Source: Candidatus Eiseniibacteriota bacterium
GTDB taxonomy: Bacteria > Eisenbacteria > RBG-16-71-46
Direction of reading: 5' to 3'
NCBI GenBank assembly: GCA_031366795.1
Contig: JANLOX010000058.1
Coordinates: 1-30,729 of the forward strand
Length of the DNA stretch: 30,729 nucleotides
The notes below the pieces were generated by a model, which made no database searches, was not told the DNA's origin, and saw only the letters and a program-made list of their open reading frames with translations. Position numbers and translations under genes: made by a program. Shown in pieces: positions 19,151 through 27,464 of the stretch. Position 1 is the first letter of the stretch. The number at the start of each line of letters is the position of its first letter.

Positions 19151-22100
19151 ATGCAACGATTCCCTGACGAACCGAGCCCCGAGGCGCCGCTTCCACACGG
19201 GTTGCCTGCCCGGCCCACGCTGAGCGGTCAGCCCGACCGCACGACGGGCCCTAAGGGAGCCGTGCGCCTGCTGCTCTCAGGCGAGCGGGAGGCCAGGCGC
19301 GACTCCATCCGCACCGGCACGGCGTTCGTCGCCCTGGTCGGGCTGGTCTTCCTGCTGCTCAACTTTGTACTCTACCACTCGGCGCGCTCGCGCCTGGTCG
19401 AGGAGCGTTGGACGCTGCTCAAGGCTGCCACCGAAGAAAAGCGCCTCGACCTTTCGGATGTGCTCGCGGGGCTCGGGCGCGACGCGCGTTTCGTGGCGGG
19501 CCAGGACATCGTGCGCGATGGGCTGGACCAGAGTCGCGGGGCGCCGGGAACAGCACCCACCATGGAACGCGCGCTGGAATTCGAACGTGGGCTCGACCAG
19601 GCCGCCTCATCCTTCGACGTGCTGGGCATCGAGCTGGTCGGGTCCGATGGCGCGGTGTTCGCGAACTCCACCAACGCATCGTTGTGGCGCACGCCCGAGG
19701 CCATGGCGCTCGCCCAGCGCGCGGCCCGCCCGGGTAACACGGCAACGCTGACCGGTCACTCGCTCGCGCATGGCAAGCCGATGATCCTCGTCGCGGCGCC
19801 GGTCACCTCCGCCGAGGCAACACGCCGTGGCGGCGTTGCGCTCCTGTATGCGGGGCTCGAGGAGCGGCTGCGGCCCTCCCTCAAGGATTGGATCATCAAC
19901 AGCCCCACGGCCGGTTCATTCGTCGTGCTGCGCGACGGCAGCGAAGTGCTGATCGCCAGCCAGCCGCCGGCGGCGACCGGTTTCTACTTGGGGCAGCGCT
20001 TGCCGATACAGTCGCCCAAGGCACGCGCCCTGGCGCTTGCCGCCGAAGGCGGGGAGTCGGAACTCGAAACCAAGGATGCCGCAGGCAACACCTTGTGGTC
20101 GGTGACGCGCACGCTGAACGATGTGGGTTGCGGGCTCGTCGGCACGGTCGACCGCTCGACCATGCTGGCCGGCATGCGCGTGACCCTGATGGGCCTGCTG
20201 CTGCTCGACGTCGGCGTCGGGCTGCTGGCGCTGGCGCTGCTGCTGCTGTGGCGCCGTCAGTTCCGCGCTCGCGTCGCCGAGCACGAAATGAGCCTGACAC
20301 GCAGCCACGCCGAGCGCCTGCAATCGGTGCTCGACAGCGCATTCGACGCCATCCTGAGCCTCGATACCGAGGGCCGCGTACTGACCGCGAACCACGCGGC
20401 CGAGCGGCTGTTCGGGCGCCCCGCCGCAACGCTCATGGGACAGCCCGTCAAGACGCTGCTGGCGTGGGAGGGCGGCGGCTCGCTGCCCGCGGAAGGGGCC
20501 ACGGAGGAGGCGCCCATGACGCGCTCGCTCGCGCACCGGCCCGACGGCAGCGGTGTCGCGGTCGAATACACATTGGCGCGCTCGAGTGATGCGGCCAGCC
20601 ACATCCACACACTGGTGGTGCGCGATGTCAGCCGGCGCGTCGAGGCCGAACAGAAGGTTCAGGCCGTCACCGAGGGCCTCGAGGTGAGCAACCGCCGGCT
20701 CGAGGAGGCGAACCGCCAGCTCGAACTGGCCTCGCGCCTGAAGAGCGAGTTCCTCGCCAACACCTCGCACGAACTGCGCACGCCGCTCAATGGAGTGATG
20801 GGGTTCCTGCAGTTGGTGCAGGACGGACTGTGTGATTCACGCGAAGAAGAGCGCGAGTTCCTGGGACAGGCCTTGCAGTGCTCCAAGCACCTGCTGGGGC
20901 TCATCAACGATGTGCTCGACATCGCCAAGATCGAGGCCGGCCGTCTGTCGTTGCAAATCGAGCCGGTCGAAATGAACGCGTTGTTCGACGAGGTCTGCAC
21001 CGTCACGCACGTTCAGTCGCAGCAGAAGGGCCTCAAGCTGGTGTTCGAAGTCCCCGCGGGCTGCCCACCCGTGCGCGGCGATTTCGGCAAGGTCAAGCAG
21101 GTGTTGATCAACCTCGTCGGCAACAGCCTCAAGTTCACGCCCAAGGGCTCCATCACCGTGCGCGCCGTGCCGCAGGAACAGGCAGGCCACATGCAAATCG
21201 AGGTCGTCGACACGGGCATCGGGATTCCGCCGGACCGCCAGAAGCTGATCTTCGAGAAGTTCACGCAGGCCGATGGCACCACCACGCGCCGCTATGGCGG
21301 CACCGGTCTGGGGCTCGCGATCACGCGCAGCCTCGTCGAGCTGATGGGAGGTGTGGTGGATGTCGCGAGCGATGGCCCTGGCAAGGGCACGCGCATGACC
21401 TTCAGCCTGCCGTTGTGGCGCGGCGAGGAAGTGCTGCCTGTGCCATCCGATTCCGCGGGCGCGCCGTTGCCGGATGTCATCCAGGGGCCGCCCGGCGGTG
21501 CGCTGGTGCTCGTCGTGGACGATGATCCGGTCTACCGCCGTATGGTGACGGCACTGCTCCACCAGAACGGTTACCGCACCGCCGAGGCCGCGCACGCCGA
21601 GGCCGGCTGGGTGCTGGTGCGGCGACTGCGCCCCTCGCTGGTGGTGTTGGACTACGCGTTGAGCTGCCCCGAAGGAGCGCTGTTGCGCACCGGCTGGGAC
21701 CTCGCCGACCGCATGAGCAGCGACGAGCGCACGCGCCAGATCCCGTTCCTGTTCGTCACCGGGTTCGAGGCTCAACTGCGCGAGCGCCTCGACAGCGTCG
21801 CGTTCACGCAGCGGCCGATGCACCTGGCGAAGCCCGTGCGCGGCGAAGACCTGATGCGCACGATCGTCGCGGCGCTGGGTGACTCGCCCGATCGCATGAT
21901 GCGTGTACTGCTGGCCGACGATGATCCGATGGTTGCCGCCTACGTCTCGAAGGTGCTCTCGCCCGACCACTTCCAGCTCGAGGTCGTCAACAACGGCGAG
22001 GAATGCCTGCACCTGCTGCGCACACAGCCGCAGGGATTCGATCTGCTGCTGCTCGACCTGATGATGCCCGAGGTCGGTGGCTACGACGTGTTGCGCGAGA

Positions 22101-22486
22101 TGGTGCTGCGCGGCACGGCCAAGTCGCTGCCGGTGATCGTGCTCACCGCCTACCCGGAAGTGCGCAACGAGGACGAACGCCGCCTGCTGGAGCAGGGGCT
22201 GGTGCTCGAGATCCTTGCCAAGACGGATGTCCATGCGCGGCCGCAGCGCCTCGCCGAAGCCATCGAGCGCCATCTCGGCGCCATCGCGCTGCCGGCGAGC
22301 GCCGTCGTGGCGAAACTCGAAGTCGAGCGATTCCATGTCGAGGTGCCCGAGGGCGATGGTCTCGAGCGGCAGGCGAAGCTGGTGGTGGAGCACCGCTTTG
22401 ACTGGGGAGTCCAGACCAGCAATCCCGATTCGGCCTTGGGCCCAAGGACGCTTGATGCGCCAGATGATGAACGGAGGGCAGCATGA
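19151..22486 (+). CDS. Membrane-bound hybrid sensor histidine kinase (2 TM, extracytoplasmic Cache-like sensor, PAS, HisKA, HATPase_c, 2 REC)
   Basis: TM segments TAFVALVGLVFLLLNFVL and LMGLLLLDVGVGLLALALLLLW; PAS (FDAILSLD.EGRV..AN.AAERLFG...RPDG...RDVS); H-box FLANTSHELRTPLN; N/G1/F/G2 boxes; receivers LVVDDD..VLD..VTG..AKP and LADDD..LLDLMMP..LTA..AK. Alternative start GTG 19262. Confidence 0.93.
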   Translation: MQRFPDEPSPEAPLPHGLPARPTLSGQPDRTTGPKGAVRLLLSGEREARRDSIRTGTAFVALVGLVFLLLNFVLYHSARSRLVEERWTLLKAATEEKRLDLSDVLAGLGRDARFVAGQDIVRDGLDQSRGAPGTAPTMERALEFERGLDQAASSFDVLGIELVGSDGAVFANSTNASLWRTPEAMALAQRAARPGNTATLTGHSLAHGKPMILVAAPVTSAEATRRGGVALLYAGLEERLRPSLKDWIINSPTAGSFVVLRDGSEVLIASQPPAATGFYLGQRLPIQSPKARALALAAEGGESELETKDAAGNTLWSVTRTLNDVGCGLVGTVDRSTMLAGMRVTLMGLLLLDVGVGLLALALLLLWRRQFRARVAEHEMSLTRSHAERLQSVLDSAFDAILSLDTEGRVLTANHAAERLFGRPAATLMGQPVKTLLAWEGGGSLPAEGATEEAPMTRSLAHRPDGSGVAVEYTLARSSDAASHIHTLVVRDVSRRVEAEQKVQAVTEGLEVSNRRLEEANRQLELASRLKSEFLANTSHELRTPLNGVMGFLQLVQDGLCDSREEEREFLGQALQCSKHLLGLINDVLDIAKIEAGRLSLQIEPVEMNALFDEVCTVTHVQSQQKGLKLVFEVPAGCPPVRGDFGKVKQVLINLVGNSLKFTPKGSITVRAVPQEQAGHMQIEVVDTGIGIPPDRQKLIFEKFTQADGTTTRRYGGTGLGLAITRSLVELMGGVVDVASDGPGKGTRMTFSLPLWRGEEVLPVPSDSAGAPLPDVIQGPPGGALVLVVDDDPVYRRMVTALLHQNGYRTAEAAHAEAGWVLVRRLRPSLVVLDYALSCPEGALLRTGWDLADRMSSDERTRQIPFLFVTGFEAQLRERLDSVAFTQRPMHLAKPVRGEDLMRTIVAALGDSPDRMMRVLLADDDPMVAAYVSKVLSPDHFQLEVVNNGEECLHLLRTQPQGFDLLLLDLMMPEVGGYDVLREMVLRGTAKSLPVIVLTAYPEVRNEDERRLLEQGLVLEILAKTDVHARPQRLAEAIERHLGAIALPASAVVAKLEVERFHVEVPEGDGLERQAKLVVEHRFDWGVQTSNPDSALGPRTLDAPDDERRAA

Positions 22487-22884
22487 TTCGCGTGCTAGTC
22501 GTCGAGGATGATCAATACAACGCACTGTTGTTTCGCAAGCTGCTCGAACGTCGCGGCGGTTGTGCGGTCACGGTGACGGAGTCTGCGGAAGAAGTGTTCC
22601 AACTGGTGGGCGAAGGTGCCATCGACCTGGTGATCATGGATGTCTCGCTTGCCAACACGACGTGGCAGGGCGCGCCGATCAACGGGATCGAGTTGACGCA
22701 ATTGCTCAAGCGCGACGCCCTCACGCAGACCGTGCCCGTGCTGCTCGCAACGGCGCATGCCATGCGTGGGGACGCCGAGGCGTTCGTCCGTGACAGCTGC
22801 GCGGACGACTACGTATCCAAGCCGATTCTCGACCACAGCGCCTTCATCGAGCAGGTCCAGCGTTACGCCCGCAGGGCCGCCTGA
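22483..22884 (+). CDS. Single-domain response regulator, DivK/DevR-like
   Basis: VLVVEDD, IMDVSL, TAHAMRGD, DYVSKP; ATGA overlap with the kinase stop; GGAGG SD inside the kinase end. Confidence 0.93.
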   Translation: MIRVLVVEDDQYNALLFRKLLERRGGCAVTVTESAEEVFQLVGEGAIDLVIMDVSLANTTWQGAPINGIELTQLLKRDALTQTVPVLLATAHAMRGDAEAFVRDSCADDYVSKPILDHSAFIEQVQRYARRAA

Positions 22885-22891
22885 CGCTCCA

Positions 22892-22934
22892 GGCGCCGCC
22901 CGCGGGCCGCTGCCGGCGGCCGTGTGGCAGCGCC
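22892..22934 (+). terminator. GC-rich hairpin after the response regulator
   Basis: GGCGC...GCGCC outer stem with GCCGC/GCGGC inner stem; no U-tract. Confidence 0.3.
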
Positions 22935-23033
22935 AGTGCGTTGCCGCCTCGCCAACCCGGCTCGGCACGCGTTACACTTGAAACCCCAGTAAGACGGGCC
23001 GCTGATTTGATCCCGTTGCCCGGAGGACCCGCC

Positions 23034-23825
23034 GTGCATTCCCTGTCCCGGTTTGTCGCATGGCTTGCGCTGTCGGCGTCCCTGGCGTTCCCCGCCGCGG
23101 CCGCGAAGCCGTTGAAACCCGCCGTGACGGCCGGTGGTGTCTCGGACACGTCCTTTATCGAGCTGGGATCCGGCGATCGCGCCACGCATGCCTTCGTCGC
23201 CTGGCCCGCCGCACGCACCAACGCCTCATGCGTCGTGGTGGTGCACGAGTGGTGGGGGCTCAACGACCAGATCCGCGGCATCGCGCGGCGCCTCGCGCGT
23301 GAGGGCTACGTCGCGATCGTGCCGGATCTCTATCACGGCCAGGTCGCATCAGATGCCGAAGTCGCGCACGAGCTGTCGCGAGCGCTCGACGACGACGCGG
23401 CCTACACGGATCTGGGCGCTGCCATCGATTGGCTGCATGCGCAGCCCGCGACCGCGAAGAGCCGCGTCGGCGTGATGGGTTTCTGCATGGGCGGGGGCTT
23501 GAGCCAGAGGCTGGCGTTGCGGCGAACCGACCTGTCTTCCGCCGTGATGTTCTATGGCGGGCCCGAGACGGATCCGCAGGTGCTCAAGCAACTGGGCTGT
23601 CCGCTGCTCGCTCACTTCGGCGCGACCGATCGTGGCATCCTCGCCAGCCGCGCGGACGATCTGCGCAAAGGCCTGACCGAGGCCGGCAAGGTCCACGAGG
23701 TCTATGTCTATCCGGGAGCGGGGCACGGCTTCATGAACGAGACGAAGCCGTCCTACCACGCGGACGCCGCGCGCCAGGCGTGGGCGCGAACGCTGGCGTT
23801 CCTGCAGCGCACGCTCAAGGGATAG
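23034..23825 (+). CDS. Dienelactone hydrolase family protein, with signal peptide
   Basis: HEWWGLN, PDLY, nucleophile GFCMGG, FG..D, Y.GAGHGF, AWARTLAFL; GTG 23034 after GGAGG; N-terminus ..FVAWLALSASLAFPAAA. Confidence 0.9.
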   Translation: MHSLSRFVAWLALSASLAFPAAAAKPLKPAVTAGGVSDTSFIELGSGDRATHAFVAWPAARTNASCVVVVHEWWGLNDQIRGIARRLAREGYVAIVPDLYHGQVASDAEVAHELSRALDDDAAYTDLGAAIDWLHAQPATAKSRVGVMGFCMGGGLSQRLALRRTDLSSAVMFYGGPETDPQVLKQLGCPLLAHFGATDRGILASRADDLRKGLTEAGKVHEVYVYPGAGHGFMNETKPSYHADAARQAWARTLAFLQRTLKG

Positions 23826-23843
23826 CCAGAGCGCGTGCCCGCC

Positions 23844-24869
23844 ATGCCGAGTCGTGTCCTGGTAGCGGGCGGCACCGGCTTTATCGGCGGTGCGCTCACG
23901 CGCGCCCTCGTCGCGCGCGGTGACGCCGTGGTCGTCGTGGGACGCGGTAGCAGGCCAGCTCCCGCGGGCGCGGAGTTTCGCGCGGCCGACCGCCATGACG
24001 CCGCGTCGATGGCGCGCGCGTTGGTGGGTGAACGCTTCGATGCGACGCTCGACTGTTCGGGCTACGACCGCGACGAAGTCGAGACTCTGCTGGGTGTCCC
24101 GGGCTTCGAACCCGGACGCTACCTCTTCACCTCGACCGGGCAGGTGTGCCTGGTCGGCTCCGCGCTTCGGCAGACGCCCTACCGCGAGAGCGATGCCGAC
24201 TACCCGCTGATCCCTGAGCCCGCCGCCGACACGCTCGATCACGGCCAGTGGAGCTACGGTACGGCCAAGCGCCGCGCCGAGGCCGCGGTGAGTGATGCGC
24301 GCGCCACGCGTGGGCTCGAGGCGGTCGTGCTGCGGTTGCCCGTGATCTGGGGGAGCGGCGATACGAGCCTGCGCGTGTGGGCCTACCTCGAGCGCATGTT
24401 GGATGGTGGCCCGATCCTGCTGCCCGACGATGGGGCGCAGCCGGTGCGTTTCCTGTGGGTCGAGGACATCGCGCGCGCGGTGTTCCGCGTGCTCGATTGC
24501 TGGCCACTGCCGGTCCCCGCCTACCACCTCGCGCAACCGGATATCCTGCCGTTGCGCGACGTGCTCAAGCAGATGGCGAGTGCGGCGGGCCTTAAGCCTG
24601 AGTTCGTGCCGGTGAGTGCTACGGCACTCGCCGGGGCGGGGCTTGGCTCAGGTCCCCAGGGGCTGCCGTTCTTCGGGCCCTGGGTCTCCGTGCTGGACCC
24701 CGAACTCGCGCGGCGGGACTGGGGCTTTGAGGCCACACCATTCGCGGGCTACGTCGGCGAAGTGGTCCGCGAGCAGCTGGCCGTGCGCCCCACCGGGAGC
24801 CACCCCGGTTACCGACTCAGGGCCCGCGAGATCGCCCTCGCCCATTCCCTCAAATCCGCCCCGAAATGA
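23844..24869 (+). CDS. NAD-dependent epimerase/dehydratase family (extended SDR)
   Basis: GGTGFIG Rossmann motif, YGTAK (YxxxK), LR...IWG.GD, VEDIAR; alternative GTG start 23835. Confidence 0.88.
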   Translation: MPSRVLVAGGTGFIGGALTRALVARGDAVVVVGRGSRPAPAGAEFRAADRHDAASMARALVGERFDATLDCSGYDRDEVETLLGVPGFEPGRYLFTSTGQVCLVGSALRQTPYRESDADYPLIPEPAADTLDHGQWSYGTAKRRAEAAVSDARATRGLEAVVLRLPVIWGSGDTSLRVWAYLERMLDGGPILLPDDGAQPVRFLWVEDIARAVFRVLDCWPLPVPAYHLAQPDILPLRDVLKQMASAAGLKPEFVPVSATALAGAGLGSGPQGLPFFGPWVSVLDPELARRDWGFEATPFAGYVGEVVREQLAVRPTGSHPGYRLRAREIALAHSLKSAPK

Positions 24870-24895
24870 GCCGCTAAAGCGGTGGTGGGGCCACT

Positions 24896-24924
24896 TTGCG
24901 CGCCCTGCCCGAGGCTGCTAGATT
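24896..24924 (+). promoter_or_regulatory. sigma70-type promoter for tRNA-Asn
   Basis: TTGCGC-N17-TAGATT with extended -10 TG (24916-17) and GC-rich discriminator CTCCGCC, about 60 nt upstream of the tRNA. Confidence 0.6.
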
Positions 24925-24985
24925 CTCCGCCCTCGCTTGCCTCACGCAACTCACGCTGCCCGCATCAGCGATTGCGATGGTTTGT

Positions 24986-25060
24986 TCCTCGGTAGCTCAA
25001 TGGTAGAGCATCCGGCTGTTAACCGGAGGGTTGTAGGTTCGAATCCTACCCGAGGAGCCA
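24986..25060 (+). tRNA. tRNA-Asn (GTT)
   Basis: Cloverleaf TCCTCGG/CCGAGGA, D arm GCTC/GAGC, anticodon arm TCCGG-CTGTTAA-CCGGA, T arm GTAGG-TTCGAAT-CCTAC, discriminator G, encoded CCA; U1-A72. Confidence 0.99.
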
Positions 25061-25103
25061 TATTCCCCCCCCGCGCATTTCGCGGGCGGCGCCGGTCAGC
25101 AGC

Positions 25104-25140
25104 GGCCCCGCAGAGCGATCTCTGGGGCCATTGCGTTTTC
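25104..25140 (+). terminator. Probable intrinsic terminator after tRNA-Asn
   Basis: GGCCC-cg-CAGAG-cgat-CTCTG-GGGCC followed by ATTGCGTTTTC. Confidence 0.5.
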
Positions 25141-25175
25141 CAATGGCGAATCCTCTGCTTGGAGCGGTCATCATC

Positions 25176-25637
25176 ATGAAGGCGAAGACGGGTTCCGCGC
25201 GGGCGCCAGGCAAGGCGAAGCCGAAATCGAAGCCGAAGACCAAAGTCATTTCTCGCGCCGGCAAGCCGCGCACCGACGACCCCAAAGAGTGGCGCGAGCA
25301 GACCCTCGCGCGCATGCGCTCGCTGATCCTGGAAGCCGTTCCCGGCATGCTCGAGGAGCAGAAGTGGCGGAAGCCCTCGAATGGGATGACGGGGGTCCCG
25401 GTCTGGTCGCATGACGGGATCGTCTGCACGGGTGAGACCTATGCGAAGGTGGTGAAGCTCACCTTCGCCAAGGGAGCGAGCCTCCCGGACCCCTCGCGTC
25501 TCTTCAATTCCAGCCTGGAAGGCAACACTCGCCGGGCGATCGATATCCGCGAAGGCGAGCCGGTGGACGCGCGCGCGTTCAAGGCGCTCATTAAGGCCGC
25601 GGTGGCCGAGAATGGCTCGCGGCAGCTGAAACGATAA
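25176..25637 (+). CDS. DUF1801 (YdhG-like) protein
   Basis: WRE.TLARMR.LI, EE.KW, VPVWSHDGIVCTGETY..VVKLTFAKGASL.DPS.LFNSSLEGNTRRAID; ATG 25176 after GGAG. Confidence 0.8.
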   Translation: MKAKTGSARAPGKAKPKSKPKTKVISRAGKPRTDDPKEWREQTLARMRSLILEAVPGMLEEQKWRKPSNGMTGVPVWSHDGIVCTGETYAKVVKLTFAKGASLPDPSRLFNSSLEGNTRRAIDIREGEPVDARAFKALIKAAVAENGSRQLKR

Positions 25638-25656
25638 ATTCCCCGGAGCCTCACTA

Positions 25657-26040
25657 ATGCCGAAGACCGCACACAGCGCTTTTGTGATCGATCACAAGGA
25701 GGGCCAGCCCGCGAAGTGGGAGGGTGGCCAGATGGGGCACAACCGGTTCGAGAAGACCTTCACCGGTGAACTCACGGGGAAGAGCGTCGTCGAAGCCGTG
25801 ATGTTGATGCCGGCGGACGGGTTGCCGGCGGTGTATGTCGGGATCGAGCGGTTCGATTGCACGCTCGCGGGGCGAGCCGGGACGTTCCTGCTGCTGCACT
25901 CCGCCATCATGCAGGGCGAGCGGCACGAGGGAACGTGGAGCATTGTCGCGGGATCGGGCACGGGCGCGCTCGTGGGGATCCGTGGCTCCGGCGAGATCCT
26001 GCCGGATCACGAGTTCACCTTGAGCTACGAACTCGACTAA
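25657..26040 (+). CDS. DUF3224 family protein
   Basis: KTFTGELTG.S, YVGIERF..TL.GR.GTF.L.H, IV.GSGTG.L.GI.GSG pattern; GGAG SD. Confidence 0.8.
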   Translation: MPKTAHSAFVIDHKEGQPAKWEGGQMGHNRFEKTFTGELTGKSVVEAVMLMPADGLPAVYVGIERFDCTLAGRAGTFLLLHSAIMQGERHEGTWSIVAGSGTGALVGIRGSGEILPDHEFTLSYELD

Positions 26041-26058
26041 CTGCGTGGCGCGCTGGTC

Positions 26059-26694
26059 TCAGGCCTGCGGCACCGTCCCGCGCTGAGCACCGGCGCGCGT
26101 TTCCAGCACGCGTTGCACTTCTGCGTAGCGCACGCCGAGCGCCTGCAGCGCCACCATCACGTGGTAGACGAGATCGGCGGCCTCCTCGGTAGCGCGCGGG
26201 ACATCGTTCGTCGCCGCGGCGGCGATCAGCTCAGCGGTCTCCTCGCCCAGTTTCTTGAGGCGCAGGTTGGTGTCGCCGAGCAGCCGGCGCGTGTAGCTCG
26301 GCGGCGTGCTCGCGGCAACGGGATCGGTGGCGCGCTCGTGAATGCGCTGGTCCAGTGCGGCGATCGCATCCGACGAGAGCGCCGCGTCACCGAAGCACGA
26401 GACGGCATTCGTGTGGCAGGCCGGGCCGGCTGGGCTCACGCGCGCGAGCACGGCATCACCGTCGCAGTCGGTGGCCAGTTCAACGACGCGCTGCGTATTG
26501 CCGCTGGTCGCACCCTTGTGCCACAGCCCGCGTGTGCGCGAGCGGTAGTGCATCTCGCCCGAGGCGAGCGTGTATTCCAGCGCTTCGCGGTCGGCGTGCG
26601 CAACCATCAGCACGGCACCCGTGCGCGCATCCTGCGTGACCACCGTGACGAGGCCGCCGCCCTTGGTGAAGTCGAGTTTGTCGAGGTCAATCAT
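26059..26694 (-). CDS. hisIE: Bifunctional phosphoribosyl-AMP cyclohydrolase / phosphoribosyl-ATP pyrophosphatase
   Basis: [50 protein letters not shown] 26694 overlaps the hisN stop. Confidence 0.96.
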   Translation of the reverse strand: MIDLDKLDFTKGGGLVTVVTQDARTGAVLMVAHADREALEYTLASGEMHYRSRTRGLWHKGATSGNTQRVVELATDCDGDAVLARVSPAGPACHTNAVSCFGDAALSSDAIAALDQRIHERATDPVAASTPPSYTRRLLGDTNLRLKKLGEETAELIAAAATNDVPRATEEAADLVYHVMVALQALGVRYAEVQRVLETRAGAQRGTVPQA

Positions 26695-27464
26695 GCTGAC
26701 TCCTTCAATGCCGCGCGCGCGGCGTTCGCAAGCGAGGCGTTGGTGGCGATGGCGCTGCGCCCATTGGGGCCCGGCACGCCGTCCCAATCGGTGAACACGC
26801 CGCCGGCTTCTTCGATCAACGGTTGCAGTACCGCGCAGTCCCACGGCGAGAGCACGGGGTCGACCATCACCTCGGCGCGTCCCGTGGCGACGAGCAGGTA
26901 GCCGTAGCAATCGCCCCAGCTGCGTGACAGGCCCGCGGCCGCCGCCAGCCGCTCCCATCCCGACCGCCGCGCGGGTGTTTCGGGGAAGCGCTCGTTGGTG
27001 GTGAGCACCGTGGCGTTCGCGAGCGTCGCGATGGCGGACACATTGCAGCGCGCGCCATTCCACCAGCAGCCCTGTCCCGGTGCGGCGACGAGCATCTCAT
27101 CGAGCACCGGGAAACAGGCCGCCCCCGCCAGCACGCGATCGCCCTCCTTCACCGCGACGAGGCTGCCCCACAACGGTATGCCGCGCACGAATGTCTTGGT
27201 GCCATCGATCGGGTCGAGCAGCCACTGGCGCGCGGCATCCGGGCGCGTGGCGCCGAATTCCTCGCCGAGGATTCCGTCGGCGGGGAAGTGCTGCCCGAGC
27301 CATTCCCGCGCCGCCTGCTCCGCGCCGCGGTCGGCGATCGTCACCGGGGAGCCGTCGCCCTTGCGCTCGATCTCGAGCGCGCCGCCAAAGTGCTGCATCG
27401 CCTTGGCACCACAAAGTCGCGCGACCGCAGCGACCGCTTCCATCAATTGCGCTGCCTCGTTCAC
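26691..27464 (-). CDS. hisN: Histidinol-phosphate phosphatase, inositol monophosphatase family
   Basis: [46 protein letters not shown]; inside the his operon. Confidence 0.9.
   Translation of the reverse strand: MNEAAQLMEAVAAVARLCGAKAMQHFGGALEIERKGDGSPVTIADRGAEQAAREWLGQHFPADGILGEEFGATRPDAARQWLLDPIDGTKTFVRGIPLWGSLVAVKEGDRVLAGAACFPVLDEMLVAAPGQGCWWNGARCNVSAIATLANATVLTTNERFPETPARRSGWERLAAAAGLSRSWGDCYGYLLVATGRAEVMVDPVLSPWDCAVLQPLIEEAGGVFTDWDGVPGPNGRSAIATNASLANAARAALKESA

Noticed and set aside
17372..19198. 608-aa antisense ORF over typA (likewise 20837-22525, 5685-6980, 1788-2837, 27080-28411)
   Set aside because: Same codon-bias artefact; the opposite strand carries clear conserved proteins.
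22925..22940. sigma54-like TGGCAG-N5-GTGC upstream of the hydrolase
   Set aside because: Two mismatches to the consensus in very GC-rich DNA and overlapping a hairpin; chance match likely.
24937..25179. 80-aa ORF (and antisense ORFs 24951-25412, 25046-25429)
   Set aside because: They run through the tRNA-Asn gene; spurious translations.
25040..26060. Integrative element or prophage at tRNA-Asn
   Set aside because: No integrase, no direct repeat of the tRNA 3' end found by eye, and housekeeping his genes resume within 1 kb.
26695..27063. N-terminal extension of HisIE in the ORF track (similarly for hisF, hisB, hisA, hisH)
   Set aside because: These overlap the upstream his gene; true starts coincide with stop/start overlaps and family N-termini.
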